Source of the DNA: Perkinsus chesapeaki ATCC PRA-425
Taxonomy: Eukaryota > Protista > Perkinsozoa
DNA: 40,936 nucleotides
Reading direction: 5' to 3'
Assembly: GCA_013115145.1 (NCBI GenBank)
Contig: JAAPAO010000307.1
Location: forward strand, 1 to 40,936
Numbering within the stretch: the first letter of the stretch is position 1; each line of letters begins with the position of its first letter. Position numbers and translations under genes: made by a program. Below the pieces are notes generated by a model that searched no databases, was not told where the DNA came from, and saw nothing but the letters and a program-made list of their open reading frames with translations. This document shows, one piece after another, positions 11,393 to 24,085 of this stretch.

Positions 11393-12606
11393 CTCTTTCA
11401 TTGGAGTTCCCAGGCGCCCCGAGTCGTCAGGGACACTCCTTCCCCTTACTCTTTTTCGTGGTGCTCAAGGACACCGACTTGTTGCAAAGGCTCCAACGGT
11501 ATAACTCCGGCGCAAGGCAGGGCTAAAGCCAGAGGGGTTTCGCGAACGCAAGCTTCTAGATGGATTAAGGGGCAGTCTGACCAGCGTGTTATGATAGTGC
11601 CATAAAAGTGTGAGTGACGCGCGCCTTGTCAACAAATGGAATTGGAATAGCGTTTGAACCGGAGGCGTCAGAGAGAGGACCACAATGGGTCCAACTATGT
11701 CATCCCTAGGAGAGCAACAACGGTTTTTCCAGCAAGCACATCGAAAGCCTGCATCGAAGAAGTGGATCTTGATTTCTAATAGAAACTTTCTATCACGCAA
11801 AGCACAGTGCCTTTAGCCCACAGTAGAAGGGGACACGGCGTGGGACCGGTCATAAGATGACGCGACGAAGCCGACAAAGAGACGTGGAGTTGTTATTACC
11901 ATGCTTGTAGCCTTCTTCGTCAGTTAGTTATGCAGCTGGGGGGCGATTCCTGCCATCCGACGGTGATTCAGATACTTGTCATTCCAATATGAGTAATCAT
12001 TGACAGGCAGGCGCCCATCTCTAGACAGTGCTGCTCGCTATAACGCGTCGACATTATATCATCAACTTCTGCGCCGCATTCGCAATAAGCTCCCTAGTCG
12101 CCCATGAAACCCCGGTCCGCTAGCAGATTGTAGTATACCTGAAGGTCTGATATAAGGCCAAGTTCTTGAGATACTTCCTTGATTTAGAATCAGACAGCAT
12201 ATCGAGTGGTTATTCTAGATAGGTCACGAAGATTCTAAGGAGACAGAGCCATCATCGAGCCATGCCGGACCTCAGCCATTCATTTCAACCTGGCACCAAC
12301 ACCACCATACCTTCAACAATAAAAAACAAGGAAAAGATAAGTAGCATATCAATGCTGCCATTGATGGCCTCTCCGATAGGTATCTGTTTAGTTCTGTCTA
12401 CTATGCCAATATGGCCACATTAGTAGTCCCATCATTGGAATGTTAGTAGGCCTTGTTCGTGGCTTCATTAGTATAATTTACTAGTATCATTCTGTGGTGT
12501 AACTGCTCTGATCACTAACTCTGTATCCTGGTTTTTTCCTGGTAATGCCGAGTTAGTTTTTTCCGGAGGCGGATGGGAGTTTGCGTGCTCGGTTGTGCTT
12601 ATTTCC

Positions 12607-13766
12607 ATGCGCATCGTTGGCACTGATAGCGATGAAGAAGGTGAAGTGGATGAAGTCCAAGACCGACAGTACAAGGTAAATTGCTTGAACTAAGCGTGCC
12701 AGCCCTGAACCGTCATTGGAGCCGCTAGGTTATTCTCCTTGGCAATGGTGCCGTTGGTAAGACATCGTTGGCTAACAGATTTTGTGACGACGGTTTCAAC
12801 ACTTCGTACAAGCAGACAATAGGCTTGGATTTCTTCGTCAAGGTCGGTTTGTTCCCCGAAAACCTTGGATACGCATCCTGTATTTTAGCGCCTGGTTCTG
12901 CCGGGCGAAATCAACGTTTGCCTCCAAGTGTGGGATATTGGAGGCCAAAGCATTGGTGGCAACATGATCAGCAGGTACGCGGGGCACAGCGTTCAACAAT
13001 TGAGAAAGGCTTGACTGTTAAACACATTATACAGCCTATACGCTAGTCTTCAATCTCGTTATATATTTGCGCCTTCATGAACTCGTTTTGATTAGGGAAA
13101 TTCTCCGTGGCATTAGGTACATTTATGGCTCGGACGCGGTTGTTCTAGTATACGATATAACAAGCTATCAGAGTTTCCAAGATCTCAATGACTGGCTGAG
13201 ACTTGTTGACAAGTAGATATCAATCATATCATGTTCTTTCTCCTTGAGGTTATGTTCGTATTCTCAGGGCAACTGGCGGTCAAACGGGAGGACAGAAAAG
13301 ACCTCCGTGAGTTGACTAACTGGACACGAACTGTGACTACCGTTTAGATTGCTTTTCCTTATGGGGAACAAGACAGACTTAGATCACATGCGCATGGTCA
13401 AATCCGAGAAGCACAAGGACTTCATCAGGGAGCACAATATGTCACCTGAGCCCTACTTGCCGATCAACTAGAATAATCGGTATTTCAGTAACGGAGGAGC
13501 CTTCCTCGTATCAGCCAAGACTGGGGATGCAGTTGCCACGTCATTGTACCAGGTAGCTGCACGATTGGCCGGGATATCCCTTCAACAGCCCGAAGTCCAA
13601 GTACAAGAAATGTCCTGGGTGGCCCATAGAGCCTTTCGCTCAGGTATACCAGAAGGTTGTTAAGGCCGAGCTTGTAGATCATGCACAGGATGATCCTAGT
13701 CATCCCCATGTCACAGCACAGAGAGAATCTCGTAGCAGCCGTCGTTCTCCTTGTGTGATTCAGTGA
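12607..13766 (+). CDS. RAB28: Rab28 small GTPase (multi-exon)
   Basis: Spliced translation: [36 protein letters not shown]...[38 protein letters not shown].../[20 protein letters not shown].../[10 protein letters not shown].../VSAKTGD.../KVVKAELV...CVIQ*. The [23 protein letters not shown] and VVKA motifs and the single CaaX end are Rab28 signatures. Confidence 0.95.
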
Positions 13767-13989
13767 TGGAGTAATGATTTTGTGTTTGTCAATGCAGAGC
13801 TGCGCTTTCTCCCATGTGTGGTCAAGGAAGTATGCATTTGAAGCTTTCGGAAACGAGAAATATCTCTGGTTATTTCAGTCAAGAAGATTTGACCAAGGTG
13901 ACAATATAAATTAGAGACGCTTCAACTAGCAGAGGCTCCTCTACGCTGCATAACGCCGAGTGTCCTGTGAACTTCGCTGTCTCGGCGTG

Positions 13990-16432
13990 GGAGTCATTGT
14001 AGAGATCTGTCGGCAGGTTCCAGCAGGGGTCGAAGAAGAACCACCTGCCCTGGGAAAGGACGCCAATTCCGTGAAACTAACGTGAACCTGTCTGAATCCA
14101 TCGCTGTGTATTAAAATGTATTTAGGCCAGTGATTTGTTCCAAGCTTGTTAATACTATTACCTCGATTGTTGATGAGATGAGCATTTTAAAACCCTCTCG
14201 ACCAGAGGTTCGTGCTATATCAATACAAGCTCGGTGTGTCTCCACGAAATCAGGAAAAAGAGGCGCAAGCTTATGCCCTGCCACATTTGAAACCGATTAG
14301 TAATGGGTTACCGGAAGCAATGGCAAGCCAGACTCGGAGGCTTAGCTTTGGCAGGCAGTACACAGTGAGTATCTGATCCTTAAGTTTCCTTGTCGGTTAT
14401 TCGCTGTGAGAAAAGATACTCACATTAGTACGGTCACCATGAAACGTAACAAGTCGAAATGGCAAAATCGGGAGACATTGTCTCGCAATCGGTTGTTAGC
14501 ATGACTGCCATTCAGCCAAGCAGCGTTATAAGTTTTATTTGAGCCTACCGGCCTCCTTCGCACCCCCCAGTGGGGGCCCCCATTGAGAATGAGAGTCCCC
14601 TGTTATTCGCCCTTAGTTACTATGCATTTGTAACGCCCCTTCTTTTCGAAGCAGATATTTCTTACTCTCAGTACTCTTCGGTGACCTCCGCCAACTTCCT
14701 AAACGAGGATACCCCTTGCAACCTGTCTTGGTGCCAAGCCCATAATAGCCTCCGAGAACTGCTTATCGACTCTCCACACCGGATGCTTGCTGCTCTCGAC
14801 AATATTCATGAACTCTTCCTTACTTTGGGCGTTCCCGTTATTGGAGGGTAATACCTGGCTATGAGCCAGCAGCTCCATGTCTATATCGTGCTTCGGACCA
14901 GCCGAAGTAGCGGATGCACACGATACCTCTACCTGTGGAGTTCAGCTTGATAGCAACTCTCCCGTAGCGTGTACTGAACCATTCAGTCAGAACTTGAACT
15001 GGGTTATCGATGAAGAATTACTCAGGTCGGCGCCTAAGGACCATCACGCGTTCGGGCAACTGCTTAGAATACTCGTTCAGCAAAGATGTAACGCCGCCGT
15101 TGCTGCGCTGCAAGTAAGCTTCCAACTCAAAGGCCCTCAGAGCCGATTTCCCGTCATAGAACGCGATTCTGAGATGTTTTCAGGTTCGACCAACTTCCTT
15201 TGCAGTCATCGAGCAAGAGCAGCAAAGAATAGTAGAGCTTCACTCCACCCAGGATGCCGCTTCAAGTGATACTTCTTGCTGCCGTCGGCTAATGATTATC
15301 CTGGTTAGGTGGTAGATGGCAAAGATCCTGTGTGTTCTCCATCGGCGTTGTCTTTGCTCTTCTCATGTGCGGTTGCTGCTGTCGAGAGCTCCTTGATGGC
15401 GGCACAAGTGCTTGGGTTCACGAGGGTTGCCGAGTTGATGTCGGAGAAGATACCTGTGAGTTGTATAAGACCGACGCGTATCATAGTTCACGAATCACGT
15501 CGTTTCAGCGATGAAAACTGTAACTGTATGAAGTTTCATCCACACCTGCTTCGTCGCTCGCTGCTGTTGTGAATGGCAGGCGCGTTTCTTAGCAATCTAC
15601 GTGGGTTCTATCTGATTTTACAAACAAACTCACAGGCACTTGGGGGAAACGGTTCGTGGACCTGTTCATCCGGCTTGTGTCCGATGACATGCCTAGAGCA
15701 CTGCGCGACCTGGGGGCTGTGCCCGGCGGAGTGAGAATGCCTCGCACTTTATCCTGTACCAGCCTCCATACTAGGTGATCGGTCGGGAAGAACCCAAGCA
15801 TGGAGATGGACAAGGTGATCTCCAACTGAGCGATGAGGGAGCTATGAGCCCATCTCTGGTCAGGACTTTCGAAACGTGCTTCAACAAGAGCTACTTCGGG
15901 GAAAAGAGCGCCTGATGTGGGCGGCCGCTGCGAGTCATCCTTTGCGAACGTTTACCTCAGTTGTGCATCTCTGGATGGAGGCGTGCTTCAAGGGACCTTG
16001 CTTGTCAGCTATCGCTACTTCAAAATGCATACCTCAAGTTCGAGGCCCCTTTTCTAGCAAAGGTTATCACCCAGTAGAACTCTATCGTTAGGAAATACGG
16101 CCACATCAGGTCAATGACCTTATCTCTTGCATGAACCAAAGGCTATCGCCGATTAAAGAAGCTATCCAGAAGCGACCGCTGGACACAGTGCGCTTGCTTG
16201 CGAGTGCTCGTACGGATGAGATGCGTTAGTCGTGCAACTGCCCTAGAGCGTCTCGCAACCTTCTACATATTTCAGACAGAGGGGACGCCATGCGATGTTT
16301 GGAAGAGGCTAGTTTCCTGGGAGGTATCAGCAGACTCCATCGCTTGATAGTAGAGAGGCTGAACGAAGTCATCACAGAGGACGGTGGCCTTGCGGGAGTG
16401 ACCGTCATTGAGTACGCCGAAACTGAGCTCTA
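13990..16432 (+). CDS. Multi-exon hypothetical protein (boundaries approximate)
   Basis: A series of plus-strand reading segments with GT/AG boundaries (14570-14851, 14877-15269, 15309-15572, 15876-16091) ends in ...LHRLIVERLNEVITEDGGLAGVTVIEYAETEL*. No family recognised. Confidence 0.45.
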
Positions 16433-16916
16433 GGATACTGAGCCCTTGAGAATTTATACCGTCGAGCGGCAACGGATGTATATCTACCGCTAAGGTATCC
16501 ACCGGCGATAATCGATGCGTTGGTCGACCAGCGCAACTTGTCCTCGGCCGAGATCACAACGAAGTCGTTTGACGTATCCGTGATTGATACTGTAGGGACA
16601 GATGGGTCGAGAAGGAAGTCACCGTTTCCTACATCGCTTTATATGATAGGCTCGATGTATGCAGGAGGCTCCCGAGGAAATAGTTGCCCAGTACAGTGAT
16701 AGGATCCCACCTCGCGCCGTAAGGCCACATTACTTCGAAAACAGACAGTCCCTAACGTCAGGTTGACCACTTTTGCGGAGTAGCAAGTATTCTCCTAGAA
16801 GCCTACCAAGCTTTAGTGAAAGAAGTAAAACTTGTTACGTAAAATTGCCTCTCCCCCGTTCAACAGCTACCATCTAGGGGCAGGTTTACCAAACAGACCT
16901 CGCTAGAAATTCGTCA

Positions 16917-17739
16917 GTGCGGCATTTCTGTTGGCTTTCTACGTTCTTCATCGCGATTCATCAGGTGATCAAGATGGATGAGCGATCCATCAACCCATCT
17001 CTGCTTCACAACACCAGCTTGTGCTGGAAGGTCCTCGAGTTCGCTATTAAATACAATTGCGCCGCGCTACTGTTGACAGAGGATATGTTCGAAGGTGTGC
17101 ACCAATTTCGAAGAACGGTCACAGAAACTGTTCTCAACCTATTTTAGGATGGGCCAAGTTGGCAGGTTTCTTAGAAAAAAGGTGCAGGAAGCACAGTCAG
17201 CGTGAGATGCTAAGGCACTCTGCTGAACGTGCAATTATTAGTACCGGATTGTTTGATGTGAGATATCTCCATTTAACGGACAAGAAGCTTTCCTGGCGTT
17301 TGAGCTTTGTCGTTCAAGATCAGCGGCATTGCATACGATCAGCTGAAAGAAGGGCATCAACTCGGCGGCACTTTTGATGGTGAAATCCTACGAAGGTCCA
17401 GTGTACCACTTGTATATAGGAACCGCTTATTTGAAGGGAAGTAAAGGGGAGTTATGTCCTCGGGGCACCGAAGAAGCGTCACTCACTCGGTCACAGGCAG
17501 CTTCCGGTATAGGCACCAATACTGAGGACAGTGGGGCACAATCTGACAGCTCATCTGTAAGCTCTAACAGTAAAGAATATGGAAGATTCGCTAGGTTGCT
17601 TGTTCCCTCAATTCCTCTGGTCTACAACAAAGGACCCAAACTGAAGAAGACAGCTACCTCTTCCGTTCGTTGCCAGCCCTGCTTTACCTCGATGAGCTGT
17701 CAGCTGATCACTCGATCTATCGTCAGCTTTTTGTGGTAA
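16917..17739 (+). CDS. Possible multi-exon hypothetical protein (boundaries approximate)
   Basis: Overlapping plus-strand ORFs 16917-17147, 17057-17377 and 17374-17739 contain protein-like segments (e.g. WKVLEFAIKYNCAALLLTEDMFE). No homology recognised. Confidence 0.35.
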
Positions 17740-18734
17740 AGCCTAGCTAAACTTCGCTTCCGCAATGATGCTGTAGCCTCGTAATGAGCAGCAGTACTCT
17801 TTACTTGCGCGCCTTCGTGGTGACATTGGCACTTGGGAGGAGCGGAGATTGGCAAGGCTAAGAGCGTTCATCACAGCAGAGGATGCCACCTCTGATCAAA
17901 AACACTCACTTAAAAAGGTTGGTTAGCTCGCAAGCTCTGTATACGAGTATGAGCTTAGGATGGATACGATGGCTGCAAGGGGAAGGAAGCAGACAGGCGG
18001 TACTCGCTGGAGTTTCCTGCGCCACATCAGACTTAGCAGGTACTTTGCTAGCATAGTCAAACTACTAGACAAGACCATAGAATCTACGATTAGCTCCAAA
18101 GGTGTGGCTGGAAGCTGATCGATTTAGACCTGTATGTTCTGCAGGCACAATCGAGAGACAGCGCTGGATATACCTTCTGCACATCACACTTATGTCATTC
18201 GAAACCTATCGGTTCGATTGAGCAAGCGTTACTGCGGACCACCTTGCCCATGCGTTCGGACCTTAAGGACTTGCGTTGAGCAGGCTCTTGTCGTTGATGA
18301 GGAGCCAGCTGCTGGAACCTGGCAGGTGCAGGGTAGTTCTGATATGACGATGTCACAGAGGCTCCGTCACAGAAGTGGTCCTGATTATTCCGGGCCCAAC
18401 GGAACTAGTGGTGATAGACCTATAAGGAATCCAATGCTAACCCCTGTAAAGGCAACCGTGAAAGGTGAGTCACCATTGTGAGTAAGCTGATATCACTACC
18501 TGGGCGGCTCTCGCTAATAAGAGCACAGCCAGGAAGCAGCACCCATCACGTGCCATTCGACTGGGGTGCACTGAGTGTACCCATACATTTGATGTCGCCT
18601 TCGTTACTCTCAGCTTCCCGACGCCTCAAGGGCTCACCTAACGCTTCTGACCCGGTTCCTGATCTGTCACCGGATGGCAATGCGAGGCAGGTCGTTAGCT
18701 TTTCCGGACCATGCGTTTCATTTTAAGATACGAA

Positions 18735-20653
18735 ATGTTGGTCCGCACATCTGCGGATAAGTTCAGAAGCAACCTCGAGTTCACCGAAAGACCTCGGCAG
18801 GTGGCAGCTGCCGTGTATCTTCCGCGCTTGTCCACTGGCTCCCTCAGGTGGCTTTCGCTATTATTTTTTTCTCGATAGTGGCGTATGTATCATACCGATC
18901 ATCGCTGGAGACTTTCGATGGGACTGACTCGGCCAGGGCAGCCGTAGGGATGGTATTTCTGACAGTGATAATGTAAGTGGACGGTCTTGTGCCAAACTAT
19001 TGTACGTGATGTGCGAATCCGCACTTGTTTGCCTGAAAGTTGTGAGGTGCAGCAGTACATGGCATTGGGGGGTGTCCTAGTGTACGGTCCAACATGCCAC
19101 GCTCATTGAGAAGACACCTGTGAAGTATGCACGTTACTCTGGATCCGAGGGTTTACAACAGAGAGGCTGCTTATCCCGCAAGTTCCGCATTCGTCTTCGA
19201 TCAGTTACAGCGTACTACAGACTCGTGATGGGTTGATGGTTCGGCCTCATCCAGCACTATGGCGAGCCATCCACGGCGCTATTCTTGTTTATATGATCAT
19301 TCTAGTTATTTTGCTTGGTAACTCCATTTCCTCATCACCAGTAACTCCTTTGCATTAGTGGTACCGCCTCGGCTCGGCATTCAGGCTGTTCATTTAATAT
19401 ACCCTGAGATCCATGGCGGTCCAGAAGCTGTACTCGCCAACATCGTCGACGCCGAACCTGGGAGTCAGCTCTCTACGCTGAGCACCATGTTATTGTGTCT
19501 CTCTTCAGGCCATAATAGTTTGATCTCATTCGATCATCTACACTGTGAATTGACATTCAGTCACATATTACGCAGTATTACCAACATTTGGTTTGCAGCC
19601 CATGTTGTGGGTTACTGGGCTAAAATGTGCCTTTTTAGGGACTGGAGTGTAAGCTCTTGCCCCTCCTCGTTGATCTATACGAAACCCTCAGATGTGTTGG
19701 ATGTACTCATTTGCATTTGAGTTGGCTGAGCTTGGTCTGGTGTGGGTCATACCCGAGTTCCAAGAATGCTGGTGGGATTCTTTGCTAATGGACGTTTTCG
19801 GCGCTAATTTCTTGGGTATGTGTCTTGGGCGCCTAACCCTCTCTTATCTGGAGTGCCAAACCTATACATGGGAATCGACAGGAATTGAGGGCTCGCCGAA
19901 GCCTTGTCGGGGAGGCCAAGGAATAGGTGGGCTATCTGGCGGTTCCCGTGCAGTTCCTCGAATTGCCTGGCAGGGCGTAGGCTCAAGCGAGCGGTGCTTC
20001 AATTCACGCCATATTCATGGAGTCGATATGACTGGCCACGAGACGCTTCACATTGGGTACTCTCCCAAGTAGCATGGCTACAGGTGAGCCCGTAGTAGTA
20101 GTACCGTTCTTGATTGTTTCTGTTTCAGTGTTATATACTGGAGCTCAACTCCTTCTTCCTTATACACGCTTTTGCTTTGAAGCCATCTCACATCTTCTGT
20201 CCCGTTCGACAATTGGCATTGGCTTTTCATGGAGCACAGGCTGTCCCAGAGTGGTATGAATACATAAAAGGCCGTACAAAAAGAATAGGTGAGTATCTTT
20301 GATAGCTCTGCTTCCTGCGAAGTTATCGTAGGTCATAACGTATGGTTACTGAGTTGCGTAACAGTGCTGGAGACTATAATATGTATACGTTACGGGAATG
20401 CCACGCACCACTTCTTGACCGATGATACCTCTCCACCTAAGGGAGACATAATTGCATGGGTCGTCTTCTGCTGCGTGACTCTGCTCTGGCTTGTTCTGTA
20501 CTTGTCTCTGTACAAGTCAAGTCATCTATCAGAGCTGCCTTCCTGGCTGAAGTGTTTGAGGTAACCCATGGTAGCTGTCATATTTTTATGCGCACGCCCA
20601 GATACTCCGCAGTAATTCCCCTTTTCTCGCTCTGTCGGCACTGGGCGCGATAA
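18735..20653 (+). CDS. PTDSS: Phosphatidylserine synthase, base-exchange (PTDSS1/2) type, multi-exon
   Basis: Exons encode DGLMVRPHP, IWFAAHVVGYWAKMCLFRDW, FELAELGLVWVIPEFQECWWDSLLMDVFGANFLGMCLG, LECQTYTW, LKRAVLQFTPYSW, LELNSFFL and WLLSCVTVLETIICIRYG, matching the PTDSS motifs RPHP, ECWWD and KRAVLQFTP. Confidence 0.93.
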
Positions 20654-21457
20654 GTTTTGCCATGTTACATGAATGAAGCTGCACTTAGATGATCATGATC
20701 TTTTCTTGCACAAACTTGCGTGTTGTGAAAAATGCAAGGAGCATTGATTTTGATGAGTTCAACTTCTCTGCACTGAAAGATTGGCTAGAGCTGGTTATGG
20801 TCGCAGTAACAAACTTAGGATGTTAATTAAATAGTGCAGTTAAAAAGCCTCGGGTGGCGCCGGATGGTGCATACCAGCCCGAACTGAAAGCCATGGAATC
20901 CGTGTCGCGGCACCTTTATAATAAGGGTCTTATTGCCCATATCCAAGGTGCTAGTCGCTGTGTGTCAATAAGGCGACCCCTGACTAAAGGGTTATTACTA
21001 CACTTACAGACTGTAAGTTACAGTACTATTCATTTCCTCGAAGGCGAGTATTATAGAACTCCGAGGTTGCACAAAGCCTTATGAGTTGCGAAGTCGACTA
21101 TTTACAAGTGGTCGGCAAAACGATAACTATCTCCAATTGACAACGCGACATGGGTGCATAGATGGGTGATTAGCCTTCATCGGCTTTTAATAGGATAGAA
21201 TAGATCAGATAACAATGCAAGGAGCATGTACCCAAGAACCACGCCCATTCTACTTGACGTAGACGGTGAAAAAAGTAATGGGATACTGATGCATCTATCT
21301 ATAATCTATCATTTAAACAGAACAAAAGGCTGACAAGTGACCAGAATTCCTAAGCGGTGATTATTATCGTATAAGGCTTATACCATATATGACACCGAAT
21401 CGCTGTCAGCGATAGGAACGTCCAGTCGAGGACAACGGAAGCGCTGCTGCTTCACCT

Positions 21458-22215
21458 CTAATACTCACTCTGACGGGTGGTAAGTGGATAGTAGACCCCC
21501 CGCAGAGCGATGAGGATATTAGTCGGACTAGCGAAAATAATGCTAGTTAGATCGTAGCTTCCAACAACATAACCCGGACAGACCTGTCGGACGAGCCTCT
21601 GTAGCTTCACAACGTTGGACATTGGGAGCAATTCATAGTGCTGAAACCATAGAATCTCGTCCGTGGCCCTTTCGGAGAGGCGGAACGGGAATGTAGGCGT
21701 TCTTAGATTCCCGCACCAGAATTTCACGTCCAGGTGATCTCCTCGAATGACGTATTTGATCTGTATGTCTGGGGAAGGTAAGTCACCTTGCTTGTACACG
21801 AATACACCATCATATAACCCTAAACCAGCCCTCCTTAGTTCGAGTCGTTCACCTCCAAACGTAAGGCAGAGGACATCACTGAATGTGAAAGTCAATGTCG
21901 TCAGGTCGCCTTCCTGAGGTTTGAACTCGGGCATTAGGCTTTGGATTTCCATGTACCAATAGTGGACTCCAGAATAGGTGCCTTCAAAGTTGATGTCGTA
22001 TGTATGATTTGCCCCAGATCTCTCGGTCAGGAGGTAGCAGCCATCAATGAAAGATCGCTCCGGAGTGGAGAAGATGAAACCGACATAGTGGTCCTCGTGG
22101 ATATCACACCATATTCTCCATTCTCTGTCTCGTAGGTGAACCTGCCCGCAGGCTGCGCGAACGATGAGAACAGGGCCTGAGTAGCTACTATGAATAAAAC
22201 CAGTGGGAAGGTCAT
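21458..22215 (-). pseudogene. Secreted two-domain family paralog D, frameshifted near the 5' end
   Basis: Signal peptide MTFPLVLFIVATQALFSSFAQPAGRFTYETENGEYG starts at 22215, then the frame changes at ~22105 to DIHEDHYVGFIF...YYPLTTRQSEY*. Alignment with the YRLAFD motif of paralogs suggests a ~7-nt deletion. Confidence 0.85.
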
Positions 22216-23322
22216 TGAGCAAATGCACAATTTGTTGCTATCAGTGCTACTGATTCAGTAACCTACGAGTGATCATTAGCTTATGTACATGCGTTCCGAT
22301 TCCCTAATGGCACACGGAGCCGCTGCACCGCCGTGTCTACTTGGCTATGTGGTTGTTGTCTGCGATTCTTGGTCTCGTAGGAGTGACACAGTGAGACAGC
22401 TGTCGTCACGGTCAGTCCAGTTGAGAGGCGTTGTGTTTAATACTTGGCTTGCAACTAACTCAACGGTAGCTCACCTCACAAATGGAGGGGAAGCATGGGA
22501 CACTGTTCCGGGGACAGGCAGATATATAGCTAGGTTTTCGGGAAGGCCTATACAGTTATATTGCTTCATTTGTGTAAGCTATCTCTCGTATTAATATAAT
22601 ACCACACAACACCAATGTAGTCGTGCCAAAGATATAGGATTACTGAGATTTAAGCTTTCCTATGTGGTTGAGGGAACGGTTTTGCCATACACGAAAGACT
22701 GGAGCCTTGTCGTAGACAAACCCGGAGGAACATGGTGACGTGCGCACCCTGGTTAATTTATCACCCGGGTCACCTTATTTACTGCCTATTACATAACTAT
22801 TAGTATTATATCTGTAGAGATATAATAATACTATCCCACACCGGTCTCAATACTATCATAGTACCATCCAATCAACACGTGGCTGCTATACTGGAGTCTC
22901 CAGACTGGAGATGGGTAGCATGATGCGGCTCAAAGATCCAGCCTGCATCTGGCACCTTCTCATCATAGAGTCTATTGCTTCTTCCCTTGGAAGCCGAAGT
23001 CACGAGCATCACCTTGTAGATTCATCGACTTGTCGGCGACGGACCGACCGTCGCGCTTTACGTGAATAATTGCGAGGTCACAAGTCAGGAAGTCATAATA
23101 AAATACTATGTCCCACGGCCTGTGGCTATACAATATTGACAACGCTATCCAAGTAGCAAGGTAGAAAAACTCTTCGTAAGACTTCTCAACTGAGGCGGGA
23201 CAGGATAGACTCGTTCGGTAGAACATCTACCCATAACATTATATTGCTGGCATTAAGACGCTGATCGAAGACGACGCCGAAACTCTCGGTTGCAGTTTCG
23301 TTATCTGCTAGTATTAGTGATA

Positions 23323-24085
23323 TCACCTCTCTTGAACTGTGCTCAGAGAATAACGCTTCCCTTGTAGATCGATAAATATCGTATGAGGCGAGGCGAAGAC
23401 AATGTTGGATAAGTCCTTGTGTCTAGGAGATATACCCTCACAGTTCTCCTTCACGTATTCATGTAGCTCCTTGACTTTAGAAGCTGGCTCCAACTTGTAA
23501 GACGTATACATTAGAGCCTTGCTCTTATCTTTTTTAACCAGAAGAAATGATACATCAGGTATCTTTGCACCCTTGCACTCAATGTTCACTTCTAGCTTAT
23601 CCCAATGGACACTATACTTGATAGGAATGTTCGGGGAGTTTACCGTTAATGTTTAAATACTCACCGTCTCGTGCATCAAGGCCTTCCCTCGTTAGATCAA
23701 GCCTTTCACCTTCAAACATAACAAAAGGGGAGTCACCATTTGTGAAAATGACAGAGGTCAAGTCACCGGAAACAGGCTTGAAGGTAGGCAAGATAGCCCG
23801 AATCCTATCATACCAATATTGAACCCCAGAAGGAGAAGATTTGAAATCGATATCATAAGTTTGACGAGCACGCTCGTCGAGGGGGAACATACCATCCTCG
23901 AGGGATTCTTCACCCATCACGAAAATGATACCGACTTTCTTATTCTCATTGATGTCAAAGGCTATCGTATACCCTTGATTCTTGTCCTTGTATAGATACC
24001 TGCCCACTGGTGGGATAGATACCTGTCCAACTGTGGTGAGCACGGCTTGAGCAGCTATCACGAACAGAATAGATGAGAAGATCAT
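23323..24085 (-). pseudogene. Secreted two-domain family paralog E, frameshifted at the domain junction
   Basis: MIFSSILFVIAAQAVLTTVGQVSIPPVGRYLY...GEYLNINGKL runs into a frame change in a C4 run (23633-23636), continuing PNIPIKYSVHWDKLEVNIECKG...YSLSTVQER*. Could also be a sequencing indel. Confidence 0.75.

Noticed and set aside
12468-12674. Minus-strand 68-aa ORF
   Set aside because: Overlaps the first Rab28 exon in antisense; no independent support.
17750-18730. Possible gene between the 16.9-17.7 kb hypothetical and the PS synthase
   Set aside because: Open frames exist on both strands, but neither strand gave a convincing exon chain or motif.
5553-23636. Frameshifts near AGG (paralog A) and CCC (paralog E) codons, reminiscent of Perkinsus mitochondrial programmed frameshifting
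   Set aside because: That recoding is described for mitochondrial genes. Intact nuclear paralogs here read through in-frame AGG/CCC codons without shifting, and the other indels (+4, ~-7) do not fit the rule.
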